64,000 nucleotides of DNA, taken from positions 10,384 through 74,383 of the forward strand of contig CAZCTP010000003.1 of the NCBI GenBank assembly GCA_964501575.1. Reading direction: 5' to 3'. This DNA comes from an uncultured Thermodesulfobacteriota bacterium (GTDB lineage: Bacteria; Desulfobacterota; CAZCTP01). The stretch's first letter is position 1. The number at the start of each line of letters is the position of its first letter. This document shows, piece after piece, positions 1-10,479 of this stretch. A program made the translations under genes and the position numbers. The notes under the pieces are model-generated. The model made no database searches. It saw nothing but the letters and a program-made list of their open reading frames with translations, and was not told the DNA's origin.

Positions 1-829
1 TTTTAAAAAATCTTACTCCTTTTAGAAAATCTCCATCAGTAACTCCAGTAGCTACAAATATTGTTTCTCCCTTAACAAGTTCATCTAAATTATATACTTT
101 GTTGAAATCGTTTATTCCAAATTTTCTTGCTATTTCCATATCTTCAGAGTTTTTTATTACCAACTTCCCTTGCATATCTCCCCCCATACACTTCAGTGCA
201 GATGCAGTAACAATTCCTTCTCTTGCTCCTCCAATCCCCATCAATATATTGATGCCAGACTCCTTATTGGCAGTAGATATTCCAGCTGATACATCACCAT
301 CTCCAATGAGTTTAATCCTTGCCCCTGCATCTCTTATCTCTTTAATTAATTCCCTATGCCTTGGTCTATCCAATATAACTACTGTGAGGTCTTCAATTCT
401 TACTTCTAAAGCTTCAGCAATAGCTTTCAAATTCTGGGATGGAGATAAATTTATATCTATAGTCCCTTTTAACTCAGGACCAACTGCTATCTTTTCCATA
501 TAAAGGTCAGGAACTTTTAGAATATCTCCCTTATCAGATATAGTAATTATAGATAGAGCATTATTCCCACCTTTTGAGCATATAGATGGTCCTTCCAAAG
601 GGATAAAGACTATATCTAAATCAGGATGAATAACCCTCTCATATTTATCATAAACTGAATCATCACCCTCATCTATGACATTCCAACCAATTCTATTAAA
701 TCCTCTTTTCATTTCATTAATAGCCAATTTATCAACCAATATTTCATCTCCCTTGCCCATAAACCTTGAGGCTGATATAGCAGTCTCTTCAGTAATATAT
801 AAGCATTCCAATTCTAACTTTTTATCCAT
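1..829 (-). CDS. glpX: Fructose-1,6-bisphosphatase class II (GlpX), C-terminally truncated by window edge
   Basis: Minus-strand translation from ATG at 827-829 reads MDKKLELECLYITEETAISASRFMGKGDEILVDKLAINEMKRGFNRIGWNVIDEGDD...VVILDRPRHRELIKEIRDAGARIKLIGDGDVSAGI..., the GlpX signature region. Absent from the supplied ORF track; the + strand ORF 99..503 is its antisense shadow. Start overlaps the upstream gene stop by 1 nt. Confidence 0.8.
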   Translation of the reverse strand, partial: MDKKLELECLYITEETAISASRFMGKGDEILVDKLAINEMKRGFNRIGWNVIDEGDDSVYDKYERVIHPDLDIVFIPLEGPSICSKGGNNALSIITISDKGDILKVPDLYMEKIAVGPELKGTIDINLSPSQNLKAIAEALEVRIEDLTVVILDRPRHRELIKEIRDAGARIKLIGDGDVSAGISTANKESGINILMGIGGAREGIVTASALKCMGGDMQGKLVIKNSEDMEIARKFGINDFNKVYNLDELVKGETIFVATGVTDGDFLKGVRFFK

Positions 830-1236
830 TACTTTTCTACCACAGGAGAAATTTTTTTAATTATGAAGTCTGGTATCCTCCTTATTTTTCCCTCTTTATC
901 TGTTAAAGCATGCATAGTGTATCCATTCACAAGCTCAATTTCACTATCTTCAAGAAATATTTCATAATGTATCTTTATACTTGCTCTCTTTACCTCTGTA
1001 AACATAGTTTCAATCCTCAATAGATCGTCATATCTTGCAGGTTTTATATACTTACAATATGCGCTTACTACAGGCAATAAAAATCCCTTTTTTTCAATCT
1101 CTTTATATGGAATACCAAGGTTCCTTAAATATTCTGTTCTACCCATCTCAAACCACTTAAAGTAATTAGAGTGATAAGCAACTCCCATTGCATCAGTATC
1201 AGCATATGTTACCCTATAATTGCACATAAATTTCAT
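829..1236 (-). CDS. Acyl-CoA thioesterase, 4HBT/YbgC hotdog family
   Basis: 135 aa; N-terminus YRVTYADTDAMGVAYHSNYFKWFEMGRTEYL matches the YbgC/4-hydroxybenzoyl-CoA thioesterase hotdog-fold signature (catalytic Asp in the DTD motif). Confidence 0.75.
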   Translation of the reverse strand: MKFMCNYRVTYADTDAMGVAYHSNYFKWFEMGRTEYLRNLGIPYKEIEKKGFLLPVVSAYCKYIKPARYDDLLRIETMFTEVKRASIKIHYEIFLEDSEIELVNGYTMHALTDKEGKIRRIPDFIIKKISPVVEK

Positions 1237-1249
1237 AGAATTTCCTAAA

Positions 1250-2446
1250 TTAGATAAATAAGTTCATAAGTTCAAAACCATCCTTAATATATATACCACT
1301 ATTCTTTGCAGATTTTTCATCAAATCCTCTGTAATCTACTACATTTTTCTTCACTCTTGAATTATATATCGCAAAAGGAACAGGAGAAGAAAAATGTGTT
1401 TTTAAAGAAACAGGGGTAAAATGGTCTGTTAAAATCAGTATCTTATAGTCACTATATATCTCCATGCCTTCAATTACTGTCCCAACAACCTTACTATCCA
1501 CCTCTTCAATTGCTTTAATCTTCTTCTCGATGTCTCCTTCATGAGAAGCTTCATCTGGAGCTTCTACATGGATATATACAAAATCCTTTTCTTTCAGTTC
1601 ATTTAATGCGTAATCAGCCTTCCCATAGAAATTAGTATCAAGATAACCGGTAACTCCTGGAACATCAACCACATCAAGGCCAGCATATATTCCTATACCT
1701 TTAATTAGATCCACCGCAGATATTACAGACCCAGAAATATTATACTTTTCCTTAAATGTAGGGATATCAGGAGCCTTTCCTTCACCCCATAGCCATATTG
1801 AATTCGCTGGTTTTAATCCCTTGTTTATTCTATTTTTATTGATTTTTAAATCTTTGAGGAATTTCTGGGATTCAAATATCAGTTCTCTTATTCTTTTATC
1901 TCCTTTACCTTCTGGAAGATAATCCATAATATTCTTTCCAATAATATCATGGGGTGGATAAGTTAGCATCCCATTTTCTCCATTTTCCCATACCATAAGA
2001 TTTCTGTAGCTAACACCCGGATAAAATCTTATATCATTTCCTCCTAATCTCAGATTTATCTCCTCTATTATCTTTTCAGCCTCCTCAGTTGATATATGAC
2101 CTGCACTAAAATCATCCATATATATCTCTCCGTTTTTAAATAGGAGTGTTACCAAATTACACCTAAAAGCAACATCATTTTCTGTGAGATTTATACCTAT
2201 ACTTGCAGCTTCAAAAGGAGCTCTACCAGTATAATATCTCTTTGAACTATATCCAAATATCTCAAGATTTGATACATCACTTCCTGCGGGAAATCCATCA
2301 GGGATCGTTTTAATAAGCCCCAATATACCCTTAGTGGCTATAATATCCATATTAGGAGTGGATGCAACTTGAAGAGGAGTTTTATCTCCTAATTCAGATA
2401 TTGAATAATCACCCATTCCATCTCCCAAGATTACAATATATTTCAT
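1250..2446 (-). CDS. Cofactor-independent phosphoglycerate mutase (ApgM) family protein; by operon position the proposed non-canonical homoserine kinase
   Basis: 398 aa, [13 protein letters not shown]...TPNMD... metalloenzyme-superfamily motifs of archaeal-type iPGM. Lies immediately downstream of, and overlaps, thrC and hom in a threonine operon that has no thrB. Confidence 0.7.
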   Translation of the reverse strand: MKYIVILGDGMGDYSISELGDKTPLQVASTPNMDIIATKGILGLIKTIPDGFPAGSDVSNLEIFGYSSKRYYTGRAPFEAASIGINLTENDVAFRCNLVTLLFKNGEIYMDDFSAGHISTEEAEKIIEEINLRLGGNDIRFYPGVSYRNLMVWENGENGMLTYPPHDIIGKNIMDYLPEGKGDKRIRELIFESQKFLKDLKINKNRINKGLKPANSIWLWGEGKAPDIPTFKEKYNISGSVISAVDLIKGIGIYAGLDVVDVPGVTGYLDTNFYGKADYALNELKEKDFVYIHVEAPDEASHEGDIEKKIKAIEEVDSKVVGTVIEGMEIYSDYKILILTDHFTPVSLKTHFSSPVPFAIYNSRVKKNVVDYRGFDEKSAKNSGIYIKDGFELMNLFI

Positions 2447-3501
2447 TATAACTCAAATGCCTCTACTATAGCATCTGTATTTGCTGGTAGAGTAACAGGT
2501 TTTTCTGATGTCTTTATCGCTAAATTAGGGTCCTTAAGACCATGACCTGTAAGAGTGCATACTATAATATCATCCTTATTAAAAAAGAGTTTCTTATTCA
2601 ACTTTATAATACCAGCAATAGATGCTGCAGACGCAGGCTCTACAAATATACCTTCCAATCTTGCTAATAATCTGTATGCATTAAGTATATCTTCATCTGA
2701 TACCATATCAATAATTCCTTGAGATTCATTTCTTGCTTTTTCTGCACCCTTCCAGTTTGCTGGATTTCCTATCCTTATAGCAGTAGCAATTGTTTCAGGA
2801 TTACTGATTGGATATCCCCTTACAATTGGAGCAGCCCCTTCTGCCTGAAAACCTAACATTTTTGGCAAAGAATCTATTAATCCATGCTCTTTATATTCTT
2901 TATAACCTTTCCAGTAAGCAGTTATATTTCCCGCATTTCCAACCGGAATAGAGTGATATGTTGGAGCAAAGCCAAGTTTATCACATATTTCAAAAGCAGC
3001 AGTTTTTTGGCCTTCAAGCCTATAGGGATTTAATGAGTTAACAAGGGTTACATTATATCTTTTTACTATATCCTTAACAATTGAGAGGGCATCATCAAAA
3101 TTTCCTTTTATCTGAATAACTTTGGCACCATGAAGAGTTATCTGAGATAGTTTTCCTAAAGCTATCTTTCCTTCTGGAATCAATATATATGCCTTTAAGT
3201 TTCCCCTTGCTGCATAAGCTGCTGCGGATGCAGCAGTATTTCCAGTAGATGCGCATATAATAGTCTTTGATCCTTCTTCTAAAGCCTTTGATACAGCAAC
3301 AGTCATACCTCTATCCTTGAATGATCCTGTAGGATTAGTCCCTTCATACTTTAAATATATCTTAATATTCTTATTTATGTAATCTCTGAGTCTCTTACTC
3401 TCTATTAGTGGAGTATTCCCTTCATTTAATGAGACAATGTTTTCATCATGTTCAATTGGTAAAAACTCCTTATATTTCTTTATTACCCCCATCCACTTCA
3501 T
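2446..3501 (-). CDS. thrC: Threonine synthase
   Basis: 351 aa; PLP-lysine motif [16 protein letters not shown] and overall threonine synthase layout; 1-nt/4-nt overlaps with flanking thr genes. Confidence 0.9.
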   Translation of the reverse strand: MKWMGVIKKYKEFLPIEHDENIVSLNEGNTPLIESKRLRDYINKNIKIYLKYEGTNPTGSFKDRGMTVAVSKALEEGSKTIICASTGNTAASAAAYAARGNLKAYILIPEGKIALGKLSQITLHGAKVIQIKGNFDDALSIVKDIVKRYNVTLVNSLNPYRLEGQKTAAFEICDKLGFAPTYHSIPVGNAGNITAYWKGYKEYKEHGLIDSLPKMLGFQAEGAAPIVRGYPISNPETIATAIRIGNPANWKGAEKARNESQGIIDMVSDEDILNAYRLLARLEGIFVEPASAASIAGIIKLNKKLFFNKDDIIVCTLTGHGLKDPNLAIKTSEKPVTLPANTDAIVEAFEL

Positions 3502-4799
3502 ATATTATTTTCAATCCTTATAAGGTTTGATTTATCAAGAACAACAGACAATTCATCTATTTCTTTAAGAGCTATTTTTACATCTCTTTCTTTAGCTTCA
3601 TGTGTCATAAGGACAATCGGTACACCTTCCTTTATCTCTCTACCTCTCTGGATCATAGATGCTATACTTATATTATTATCTCCAAGGATAGCTGATATCT
3701 TTGCAAGCACACCAGGTTTATCAACCACAATAAATCTCAAATAATAATTATTTATTATATCATCCATAGATTTTATCTTACTTTTTTTAATCTTCTGGTA
3801 AGATAAAGGAGGTACTCTCTGTTTAACTCCTTTCATAATATTCCTTGCTAACTCTATTATATCACTTACAATAGAACTTCCTGTAGGCATCATACCTGCT
3901 CCTTTACCATAAAATAGAGTAGGGCCAACAGCATCACCAGTTACAAGTATAGCATTAAATACTCCATCAACAGAAAATAAAGGATTATCTTTAGGAAGCA
4001 TTGTAGGATGAACCCTTATCTCGATTTCATTTCCGTTATCTTTTGCAATAGCAAGTAGCTTTATCTTATAACCGAACTCTTTTGCAAATTCAATATCAAT
4101 AGGGGTTATTTTAGAAATACCTTCAACATATACATCATCTATGTTTATCTCTACTCCAAAAGCAATTGACGCAAGAATAGCTATTTTATGAGCTGTATCT
4201 ATACCTTCAACATCAAGGGTTGGATCCGCTTCTGCATATCCTTTAGCTTTAGCTATTTCAAGAACTTCTTTAAAATTTTTTCCTTCTGCTGTCATATCAC
4301 TCAATATATAATTTGCAGTTCCGTTAATTATTCCAAATATAGATTTAATATTATTAGCACAGAGTCCTTCTTTCATAGCTCTTATAATAGGTATTCCCCC
4401 GCCAACACTTCCCTCAAATCCTATATCAACGCCATATAGAGAAGCAGCATCAAATATCTCTTTTCCATGGACAGCGAGTAAAGCCTTGTTTGCAGTAATA
4501 ACATGTTTACCATTTCTAATAGCCTTTAATATAAAACTTTTAGCAGGTTCATAACCACCTATAAGTTCAATTACAATGGATATCTGTGGATCATCTATAA
4601 TCTCCTCTGGATTATCTGTTAATATAGATCTGTCAATATCTATTCCCCTATCCTTCTCTAAGTCTATATCAGCAATCTTCTTTAATACAATTTTTCCGCC
4701 TAATTTTTCTTCTAATATGTCCCCATTCTCATTAAGTATCTTGACAACTCCGGTACCTATTGTCCCAAATCCTATAAGACCTACCTTTATCTCTTTCAT
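3498..4799 (-). CDS. hom: Homoserine dehydrogenase with C-terminal ACT domain
   Basis: 433 aa; N-terminal Rossmann [13 protein letters not shown], homoserine dehydrogenase catalytic region, C-terminal ACT-like domain. Confidence 0.9.
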   Translation of the reverse strand: MKEIKVGLIGFGTIGTGVVKILNENGDILEEKLGGKIVLKKIADIDLEKDRGIDIDRSILTDNPEEIIDDPQISIVIELIGGYEPAKSFILKAIRNGKHVITANKALLAVHGKEIFDAASLYGVDIGFEGSVGGGIPIIRAMKEGLCANNIKSIFGIINGTANYILSDMTAEGKNFKEVLEIAKAKGYAEADPTLDVEGIDTAHKIAILASIAFGVEINIDDVYVEGISKITPIDIEFAKEFGYKIKLLAIAKDNGNEIEIRVHPTMLPKDNPLFSVDGVFNAILVTGDAVGPTLFYGKGAGMMPTGSSIVSDIIELARNIMKGVKQRVPPLSYQKIKKSKIKSMDDIINNYYLRFIVVDKPGVLAKISAILGDNNISIASMIQRGREIKEGVPIVLMTHEAKERDVKIALKEIDELSVVLDKSNLIRIENNI

Positions 4800-5962
4800 A
4801 ATATTTTCTTTATTCCCTTTATAGCCTGTCTTATTCTATGCTCATTTTCCACAAGTGCAAATCTTATATAGTCATCTCCATATTCACCAAATCCTATACC
4901 TGGAGAGACAGCTACCTTTGCTTTACTTAAAAGAATCTTTGAGAATTCAAGGGATTTCATCTCTAAATAGCTTTCAGGAAGTTTAGCCCATACAAACATA
5001 GTAGCTTTTGGCTTTTCAACCTTCCAGTGTAATCTATTTAAACCATTAATAAGGGTATCCCTTCTTGATCTGTATATCTTCCTTATTTCTTCAACAGAAT
5101 CATCAGATTCATTAAGTGCAATTATAGAGGCAATCTGGATTGGCTGAAATATACCATAATCGAGATAGCTTTTTAATCTTGTTAAAGCAGAGATCACCTT
5201 GCTATTACCAACGGCAAATCCAACTCTCCATCCGGGCATACTGTAACTTTTAGAAAGGGTAAACAATTCAACAGCTACATCCTTTGAATCTTTAATCTGT
5301 AAAATACTTGGTGCTTTATATCCATCAAAAACCAGGTCTGCGTAAGCCAAATCATGAACTACCAATATATTATGTTCTCTTGCAAAATCTACTATCTTTT
5401 GGAAGAATTCTATATTAACCACTGTTGTTGTGGGATTATGAGGAAAGTTTATTATTAACATCTTGGGTTTGGGCCATGTTTCCTTTGTAGCTTTTAAGAG
5501 ATGATCAAAAAAATTATTATCATCAAGAAGAGGAATACTTCTTAAATCGCCTCCTGCAATTACAACAGAATAAGAATGTATAGGGTATGTAGGATTCGGA
5601 ACAAATACTACATCTCCCCTATCTATAACTGCCAAGACCAGATGAGAAATTCCCTCTTTAGAGCCTATTGTTACTATAGCTTCAGAATCAGGATCAAGTT
5701 CAACATCATATCTCTTTTTATACCAGTTTGTAATAGCTAATCTTAATTTGTATATGCCTCTTGATACAGAGTATCTATGATTTCTTGTGTTATATACTGC
5801 TTCTACTAATTTATCCACTATATGCTTTGGTGTAGGGAGATCCGGATTACCCATGCCCAAGTCAATTATATCCTCTCCCATTTTTCTTGCCTGGATTTTT
5901 AGGTTGTTAACAATATTAAATACATAAGGAGGCAATCTTTTAATTCTGTTAAATTCTTCCAT
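4796..5962 (-). CDS. PLP-dependent aminotransferase class I/II (AspC/AlaA-like)
   Basis: 388 aa; [12 protein letters not shown]...[15 protein letters not shown]-terminal motif and [15 protein letters not shown]-lysine motif typical of class I aminotransferases. Confidence 0.8.
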   Translation of the reverse strand: MEEFNRIKRLPPYVFNIVNNLKIQARKMGEDIIDLGMGNPDLPTPKHIVDKLVEAVYNTRNHRYSVSRGIYKLRLAITNWYKKRYDVELDPDSEAIVTIGSKEGISHLVLAVIDRGDVVFVPNPTYPIHSYSVVIAGGDLRSIPLLDDNNFFDHLLKATKETWPKPKMLIINFPHNPTTTVVNIEFFQKIVDFAREHNILVVHDLAYADLVFDGYKAPSILQIKDSKDVAVELFTLSKSYSMPGWRVGFAVGNSKVISALTRLKSYLDYGIFQPIQIASIIALNESDDSVEEIRKIYRSRRDTLINGLNRLHWKVEKPKATMFVWAKLPESYLEMKSLEFSKILLSKAKVAVSPGIGFGEYGDDYIRFALVENEHRIRQAIKGIKKIL

Positions 5963-6312
5963 TTGTGTAATTAAAACCTCTTAGCTTTATCTATTATTAT
6001 CTATTTAACTAAATTTATGGAAACAAGTCAAGTAAAATCCCTCATTGAACAATGATTTTACAACCTTTACAAATTTTTTAATATAAAAGAGGATGAAGAA
6101 TAAAATAGTAACTGCTAATCCCTATGAGAAATTTCCCCAACTAAATGTTCCAGTGGATGGGATTTTTAACCTAAAAAAATTCCTGATAATATTACTATAG
6201 GTAGGATTTTCCAATTTAGCAATCTTGATTATATAACTATAGTCAGAATATTCTGTACCCATTTTATAAAAGATACATGATTTAATGAATAAATTGCTAA
6301 TTCTATGATACT

Positions 6313-7362
6313 TTACTTAAATAAATGAGAAAAGTAATTCCCCTTCCTTTTTAATCTTACTCTTTCTGAGAGTGCATGGCTGATTATTGGTAAAGCAATA
6401 GTGGCATCACAGTAACATTGGATAAATCCTCCAGTAGCTGCCAATTCCTTTCCCCATGATACAGCTTCTTCAAATGTACATCCTGACAATCCACCCCATT
6501 GCGGAGAATCTGTTGTGATTTGTACAGCATACTTATGGGGATAATAAGTTTCATTTATAATATTACGTTTATGTCCCCCTTTTCTATTGGGTATTCTTCT
6601 ATCTTCATATAATAGGTCACCAGTAACTGCAAAAAGTTGAATAAAATCCTTAGGGACTCCTCCACCAATATAAATTACTCCCGTATCTTTTACCTTCTCT
6701 CCTAAACTCATAAATTCAACATAATCTTTTACTGCGTCGATTATTAAATTAAATCCTTTACTCTTCGCAATAAGAGAGGCATCACCATAAGGACTATCTA
6801 TTATAGCAGGACAAAAAATCGGAATTTTATTCTCTGCTGCTATCGCAACAATACTTCTTATCTCTCTTTCTAAAAGCCATTGCCCAAAAAGGTATAGAAA
6901 TTCTCTTGAAGAATATGCATAATTTTCATTAAGTGTTAATATAAATTCCGCAATTAATTCAGTCATTTTTAAATAATCTTCTTCCTTCCCGAAGACATCA
7001 TAATATCTATTGAGCCCTTCTTTAAATAATTTCTGATCATCAACAAGATGAGAACCTTGAAAGTAACAGAACCCCATAGCTTCAACTATATCTTCAGAAA
7101 TATTAGCACCTGTTGAAACAAGTATATCTACAAAATGATTTTCTATTAACCAATTAATTATCTTCCATTGTCCTGTTGTAGATAAAGAACCAGCGTAACC
7201 AAGAAGTATTGTAATATTTTTATCTTTAATCATTTCTTCAATAATATCTGTTGCTTCAGCTAATTTTCTCCCCTGGAAGCCTGTTTTTGACATTTCAGAT
7301 AGAAGCTGAGATATTGATTTTTTATTTTCTACGCTAATTGCTCTAACCTTATTAGTAGGCAA
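6313..7362 (-). CDS. Deoxyhypusine synthase-like protein (DHS / homospermidine synthase-like)
   Basis: 349 aa; GGLSGCTFEEAVSWGKE matches the DHS active-site region (catalytic Lys in WGK); NAD-binding TGANISEDI segment. Confidence 0.75.
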   Translation of the reverse strand: MPTNKVRAISVENKKSISQLLSEMSKTGFQGRKLAEATDIIEEMIKDKNITILLGYAGSLSTTGQWKIINWLIENHFVDILVSTGANISEDIVEAMGFCYFQGSHLVDDQKLFKEGLNRYYDVFGKEEDYLKMTELIAEFILTLNENYAYSSREFLYLFGQWLLEREIRSIVAIAAENKIPIFCPAIIDSPYGDASLIAKSKGFNLIIDAVKDYVEFMSLGEKVKDTGVIYIGGGVPKDFIQLFAVTGDLLYEDRRIPNRKGGHKRNIINETYYPHKYAVQITTDSPQWGGLSGCTFEEAVSWGKELAATGGFIQCYCDATIALPIISHALSERVRLKRKGNYFSHLFK

Positions 7363-7521
7363 ATCTACCTCCCATGTTCTTAATTTTTGCTAAAGTTTAA
7401 TTTACTCATTTTCATTAAATATTGTCAATACCTTTTGAAAGGAACAGGCTATTTTTTTCTTTATCTTTATTATGGGGGGATACTATGTATATGGTATTTC
7501 CAAGAGGAGGTGAGAAAAGAC

Positions 7522-7551
7522 TTGACATGTATTATGTATACTGTATACAAT
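7522..7551 (+). promoter_or_regulatory. Candidate sigma70-type promoter (TTGACA-N18-TACAAT) overlapping a GTATAC-GTATAC palindromic GntR/FadR-like operator
   Basis: TTGACA at 7522-7527 and TACAAT at 7546-7551; tgtatactgtataca (7535-7549) contains two overlapping GTATAC palindromes, resembling FadR/GntR-family operators. Lies about 45 nt upstream of the GntR gene. Confidence 0.3.
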
Positions 7552-7593
7552 AGAACTTATTATAATGAAATATACATTTTTTGATTTTTAATA

Positions 7594-8262
7594 GTGATAA
7601 TGAAAAAGAAGTTTTTAAGGATTGAAAATCATCAGACATTAAGAGAAAAAATAGTAAATTCTATAAGAGAAGCTATTATAAAAGGAGTGCTTGAACCTGG
7701 AGAGAAAGTTCCTGAACCTGAATTAGCAAGAAGATTTGGAACAAGTAGAACCCCTATTAGAGAATCCTTTAGACAGTTAGAATCAGAAGGTTTTTTAACA
7801 GTTATTCCAAGGAAGGGAGCTATAGTTCGCTCTTTTACCAAGAAAGATATTGAAGAGTTTTATGCTATTAAAGCTTTATTAGAAGGATATGCAGCAAGAA
7901 TAGCTGTGGAGAAGATAACGGAAGATGATATCAAGAAAATGGAGATATTAAATGATAAATTAGAAAGGGTTTCAGATATTCAAGATTTAAAGAGGGCTTT
8001 AGAGATCCATAATGAATTTCATGAAGTATTTATAAAGGCATGTGGCAATGATAAACTTTATCGACTTATAGATAATCTTGTGTCACAATTTTCAATCTTT
8101 AGGTTCTCTATCTCTCAAAAAGGTAGAATAGAAGGTTCTATAGAACAACATAAGGCTATAATAGATGCATTTAAAAAGAGAGATTCCGAACTTGTAGAAA
8201 AGTTAGTCAGAGAGAATGCTATGTATGGAAGAGATGTATTGATCAGAGAAATGAAAGAATAA
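7594..8262 (+). CDS. GntR-family transcriptional regulator (FadR/FCD subfamily)
   Basis: 222 aa; N-terminal winged HTH (LEPGEKVPEPELARRFGTSRTPIRESFRQLESEGFL) and C-terminal FCD-like helical domain. Confidence 0.8.
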   Translation: MIMKKKFLRIENHQTLREKIVNSIREAIIKGVLEPGEKVPEPELARRFGTSRTPIRESFRQLESEGFLTVIPRKGAIVRSFTKKDIEEFYAIKALLEGYAARIAVEKITEDDIKKMEILNDKLERVSDIQDLKRALEIHNEFHEVFIKACGNDKLYRLIDNLVSQFSIFRFSISQKGRIEGSIEQHKAIIDAFKKRDSELVEKLVRENAMYGRDVLIREMKE

Positions 8263-8269
8263 TAAATAT

Positions 8270-9256
8270 ATGGAAGTTAGTGAGATTGGAGAAGAAGAAT
8301 TAATTAATAGGATAAAGAAAAAGGTTAGATATAATGATAGATTGATACTAAAAGGAATTGGAGATGATGCAGCTGTTATAAAATTTTTAACTGGTAAAAA
8401 TCTTCTTTTTACAACAGATCTACTTATAGAAAATATCCATTTCGATCTTAATTTTATAGATCCCTATAGACTGGGCAAAAAATCTTTGGCTGTTAGTTTA
8501 AGTGATATTGCAGCAATGGGAGGGAATCCAAAATATTTTAATATTTCTATTGGAATCCCTTTAAGAATATCGGTTGAGTTTATAGAAGCATTATATAATG
8601 GTATAATTGATATTTCTAAAGCCTATAATGTATCCTTAGTTGGTGGAGATATATCTAAATCGAAGGATAAATTGATTATAGATATATCGTTAATAGGGGA
8701 AGGGGAGAACGTAATATTTAGAAATGGGGCTGGAGTTGGAGATCAGATATTCGTAACTGGCAATTTAGGTGATTCAGCATTTGGATTGAATATTTTGAAA
8801 AATTGTTATAAAATTAAAAATGAGAGATTTATTAATAAACATTTGGAACCATGTCCAAGGGTAAGAGAGGGAATGATTCTTTCAAAACTAAACTTGCCAA
8901 CATCTATGATAGACATTAGTGATGGACTTATTAAAGATTTGGGGCATATTATTAAAGAAAGTGATGTTGGTGCAATTATATGGATGGAAAAACTTCCCTT
9001 TTCGGAAGAAATGCTGGAAGTGATAGATATTGAAGAAGTTTGGAATTTAGCATTAACCGGGGGAGAGGACTATGAACTTTTATTTACAGTAAAAAAAGAT
9101 AGAATAGGAGAATTGGTTAACATTTCTAAAAAATATAATATGAAGATTAGCCATATAGGAGAAATTAAAAAAGATAAAAAGGATATTAAATTCCTCGTTA
9201 AAGATGGGAGAGTTTATAACCCTAAGGGTTACGGTTACGATCATTTTAGGGATTAA
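8270..9256 (+). CDS. thiL: Thiamine-monophosphate kinase
   Basis: 328 aa; GIGDDAAV N-terminal motif, AIR-synthase-related fold, C-terminal KGYGYDHF matching the ThiL C-terminus. Confidence 0.85.
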   Translation: MEVSEIGEEELINRIKKKVRYNDRLILKGIGDDAAVIKFLTGKNLLFTTDLLIENIHFDLNFIDPYRLGKKSLAVSLSDIAAMGGNPKYFNISIGIPLRISVEFIEALYNGIIDISKAYNVSLVGGDISKSKDKLIIDISLIGEGENVIFRNGAGVGDQIFVTGNLGDSAFGLNILKNCYKIKNERFINKHLEPCPRVREGMILSKLNLPTSMIDISDGLIKDLGHIIKESDVGAIIWMEKLPFSEEMLEVIDIEEVWNLALTGGEDYELLFTVKKDRIGELVNISKKYNMKISHIGEIKKDKKDIKFLVKDGRVYNPKGYGYDHFRD

Positions 9257-9258
9257 GA

Positions 9259-10479
9259 TTGGATCCCTCATTTATAATTAGAATTATAATATTGTTAATT
9301 TTTTTATCTCTGTCAGCTTTCTTTGCTGCTTCAGAGACTTCTTTGTTTTCTTTGGGGTCGCTCAAATTAGAAAGGCTAAAAGAGGAAAAGCATCCAAATT
9401 CAAGAGTAATTAGTGATTTACTTAAGTATCCCAGAAGGCTTCTAATATCTATAATTGTGGGCAATGAGCTCGTTAATATAGGAGCTTCAGCTATAATGAC
9501 ATCAATAATTATCACAATATGGGGAGATTCTAAAAAGTGGATTGCAATTGGAATAATGTTTCCTATTATATTAATATTCTGTGAAATCATTCCAAAGAGT
9601 ATTGGAGCTACTGACCCAGAAAAACTGTCAATAATATTTGCTAAACCAATAAAATACTTTATATTTCTTGTTACACCCATTAGGTGGATTATTAGGAATA
9701 TTTCTGATAGGGTAGTGAAAATATTTATAAAGAATGCTGAAAATAGGGAAGATATAATAATGGAGGATGAATTTAGGAGTATCGTAGATATTAGTCGCAA
9801 AGAAGGGATAATAGAAGAGTCTGAAAGAAAGCTGATACATAATGTATTTGAATTTGGAGATATATATGTATCAGAAGTAATGACACCAAGAATAGATATA
9901 TTTAGTCTTTCAATAGGTTTTGAACTTAATGAAATAATAAAGATGGTTAAGAATAGTGGGTATTCAAGGATTCCAATATATGAGGGGGATAAAGATAATA
10001 TAATAGGGATACTTTACGCTAAAGATCTATTTAAAGGTGAAAGAAATCTAAAAAATATATTAAGAAAACCATACTTTATACCTAAAAATAAAAGACTTGA
10101 TGATCTATTTAGGGAATTTCAAACAAAAAGGATTCACTTAGCAATTGTTGTAGATGAATATGGCGGCATTGCCGGTATTGTTACTATAGAGGATCTTATA
10201 AAAAAGCTGTTTGGAGAGATAATGGATGTAAGTAGATTGTATAAAAAAGTAGATGGTAAATATATAGTTTCATCAAAGCTTTTAATAGATGAATTTAATA
10301 AAATATTTGATACAGATATTCCTGATTCTGATTACAAGACTATCGGAGGTTTTATATTAAATCTCTTTGGCAGATTGCCGAAAGTTGGGGATTATATTAA
10401 TTATTCTAATTTTATATTTTTGGTAAATAAGGTAAAAGGAACAAGAATACTTGAAATAATTGTAAAGAGAGAAGACTAA
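9259..10479 (+). CDS. CNNM/CorC/HlyC-family transporter-associated protein (DUF21-CBS-CorC_HlyC)
   Basis: 406 aa; N-terminal 4-TM DUF21, CBS pair, C-terminal CorC_HlyC domain (GDY motif). Confidence 0.8.
   Translation: MDPSFIIRIIILLIFLSLSAFFAASETSLFSLGSLKLERLKEEKHPNSRVISDLLKYPRRLLISIIVGNELVNIGASAIMTSIIITIWGDSKKWIAIGIMFPIILIFCEIIPKSIGATDPEKLSIIFAKPIKYFIFLVTPIRWIIRNISDRVVKIFIKNAENREDIIMEDEFRSIVDISRKEGIIEESERKLIHNVFEFGDIYVSEVMTPRIDIFSLSIGFELNEIIKMVKNSGYSRIPIYEGDKDNIIGILYAKDLFKGERNLKNILRKPYFIPKNKRLDDLFREFQTKRIHLAIVVDEYGGIAGIVTIEDLIKKLFGEIMDVSRLYKKVDGKYIVSSKLLIDEFNKIFDTDIPDSDYKTIGGFILNLFGRLPKVGDYINYSNFIFLVNKVKGTRILEIIVKRED

Noticed and set aside
99-503. 134-aa + strand ORF in the supplied track
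   Set aside because: Low-complexity translation; lies antisense to a clearly recognisable GlpX coding sequence on the minus strand, so it is a shadow ORF.
5963-6312. 350-bp intergenic region upstream of the thr-operon/aminotransferase transcript scanned for tRNA, riboswitch or T-box
   Set aside because: No GC-rich cloverleaf-like segments or recognisable conserved riboswitch motifs by eye; cannot exclude a small RNA without covariance-model search.
7387-7584. 65-aa + strand ORF between the DHS-like and GntR genes
   Set aside because: No RBS, Tyr/Leu-rich low complexity, and it spans the predicted divergent promoter/operator region.
9246-9800. 184-aa minus-strand ORF overlapping the first CorC/HlyC gene
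   Set aside because: Ile/Leu/Ser-rich low-complexity product antisense to a well-supported CDS; typical AT-rich shadow ORF. The same reasoning applies to 43924..44490, 46709..47176, 49313..49768, 21976..22410, 17079..17697 and the other short antisense ORFs in the track.
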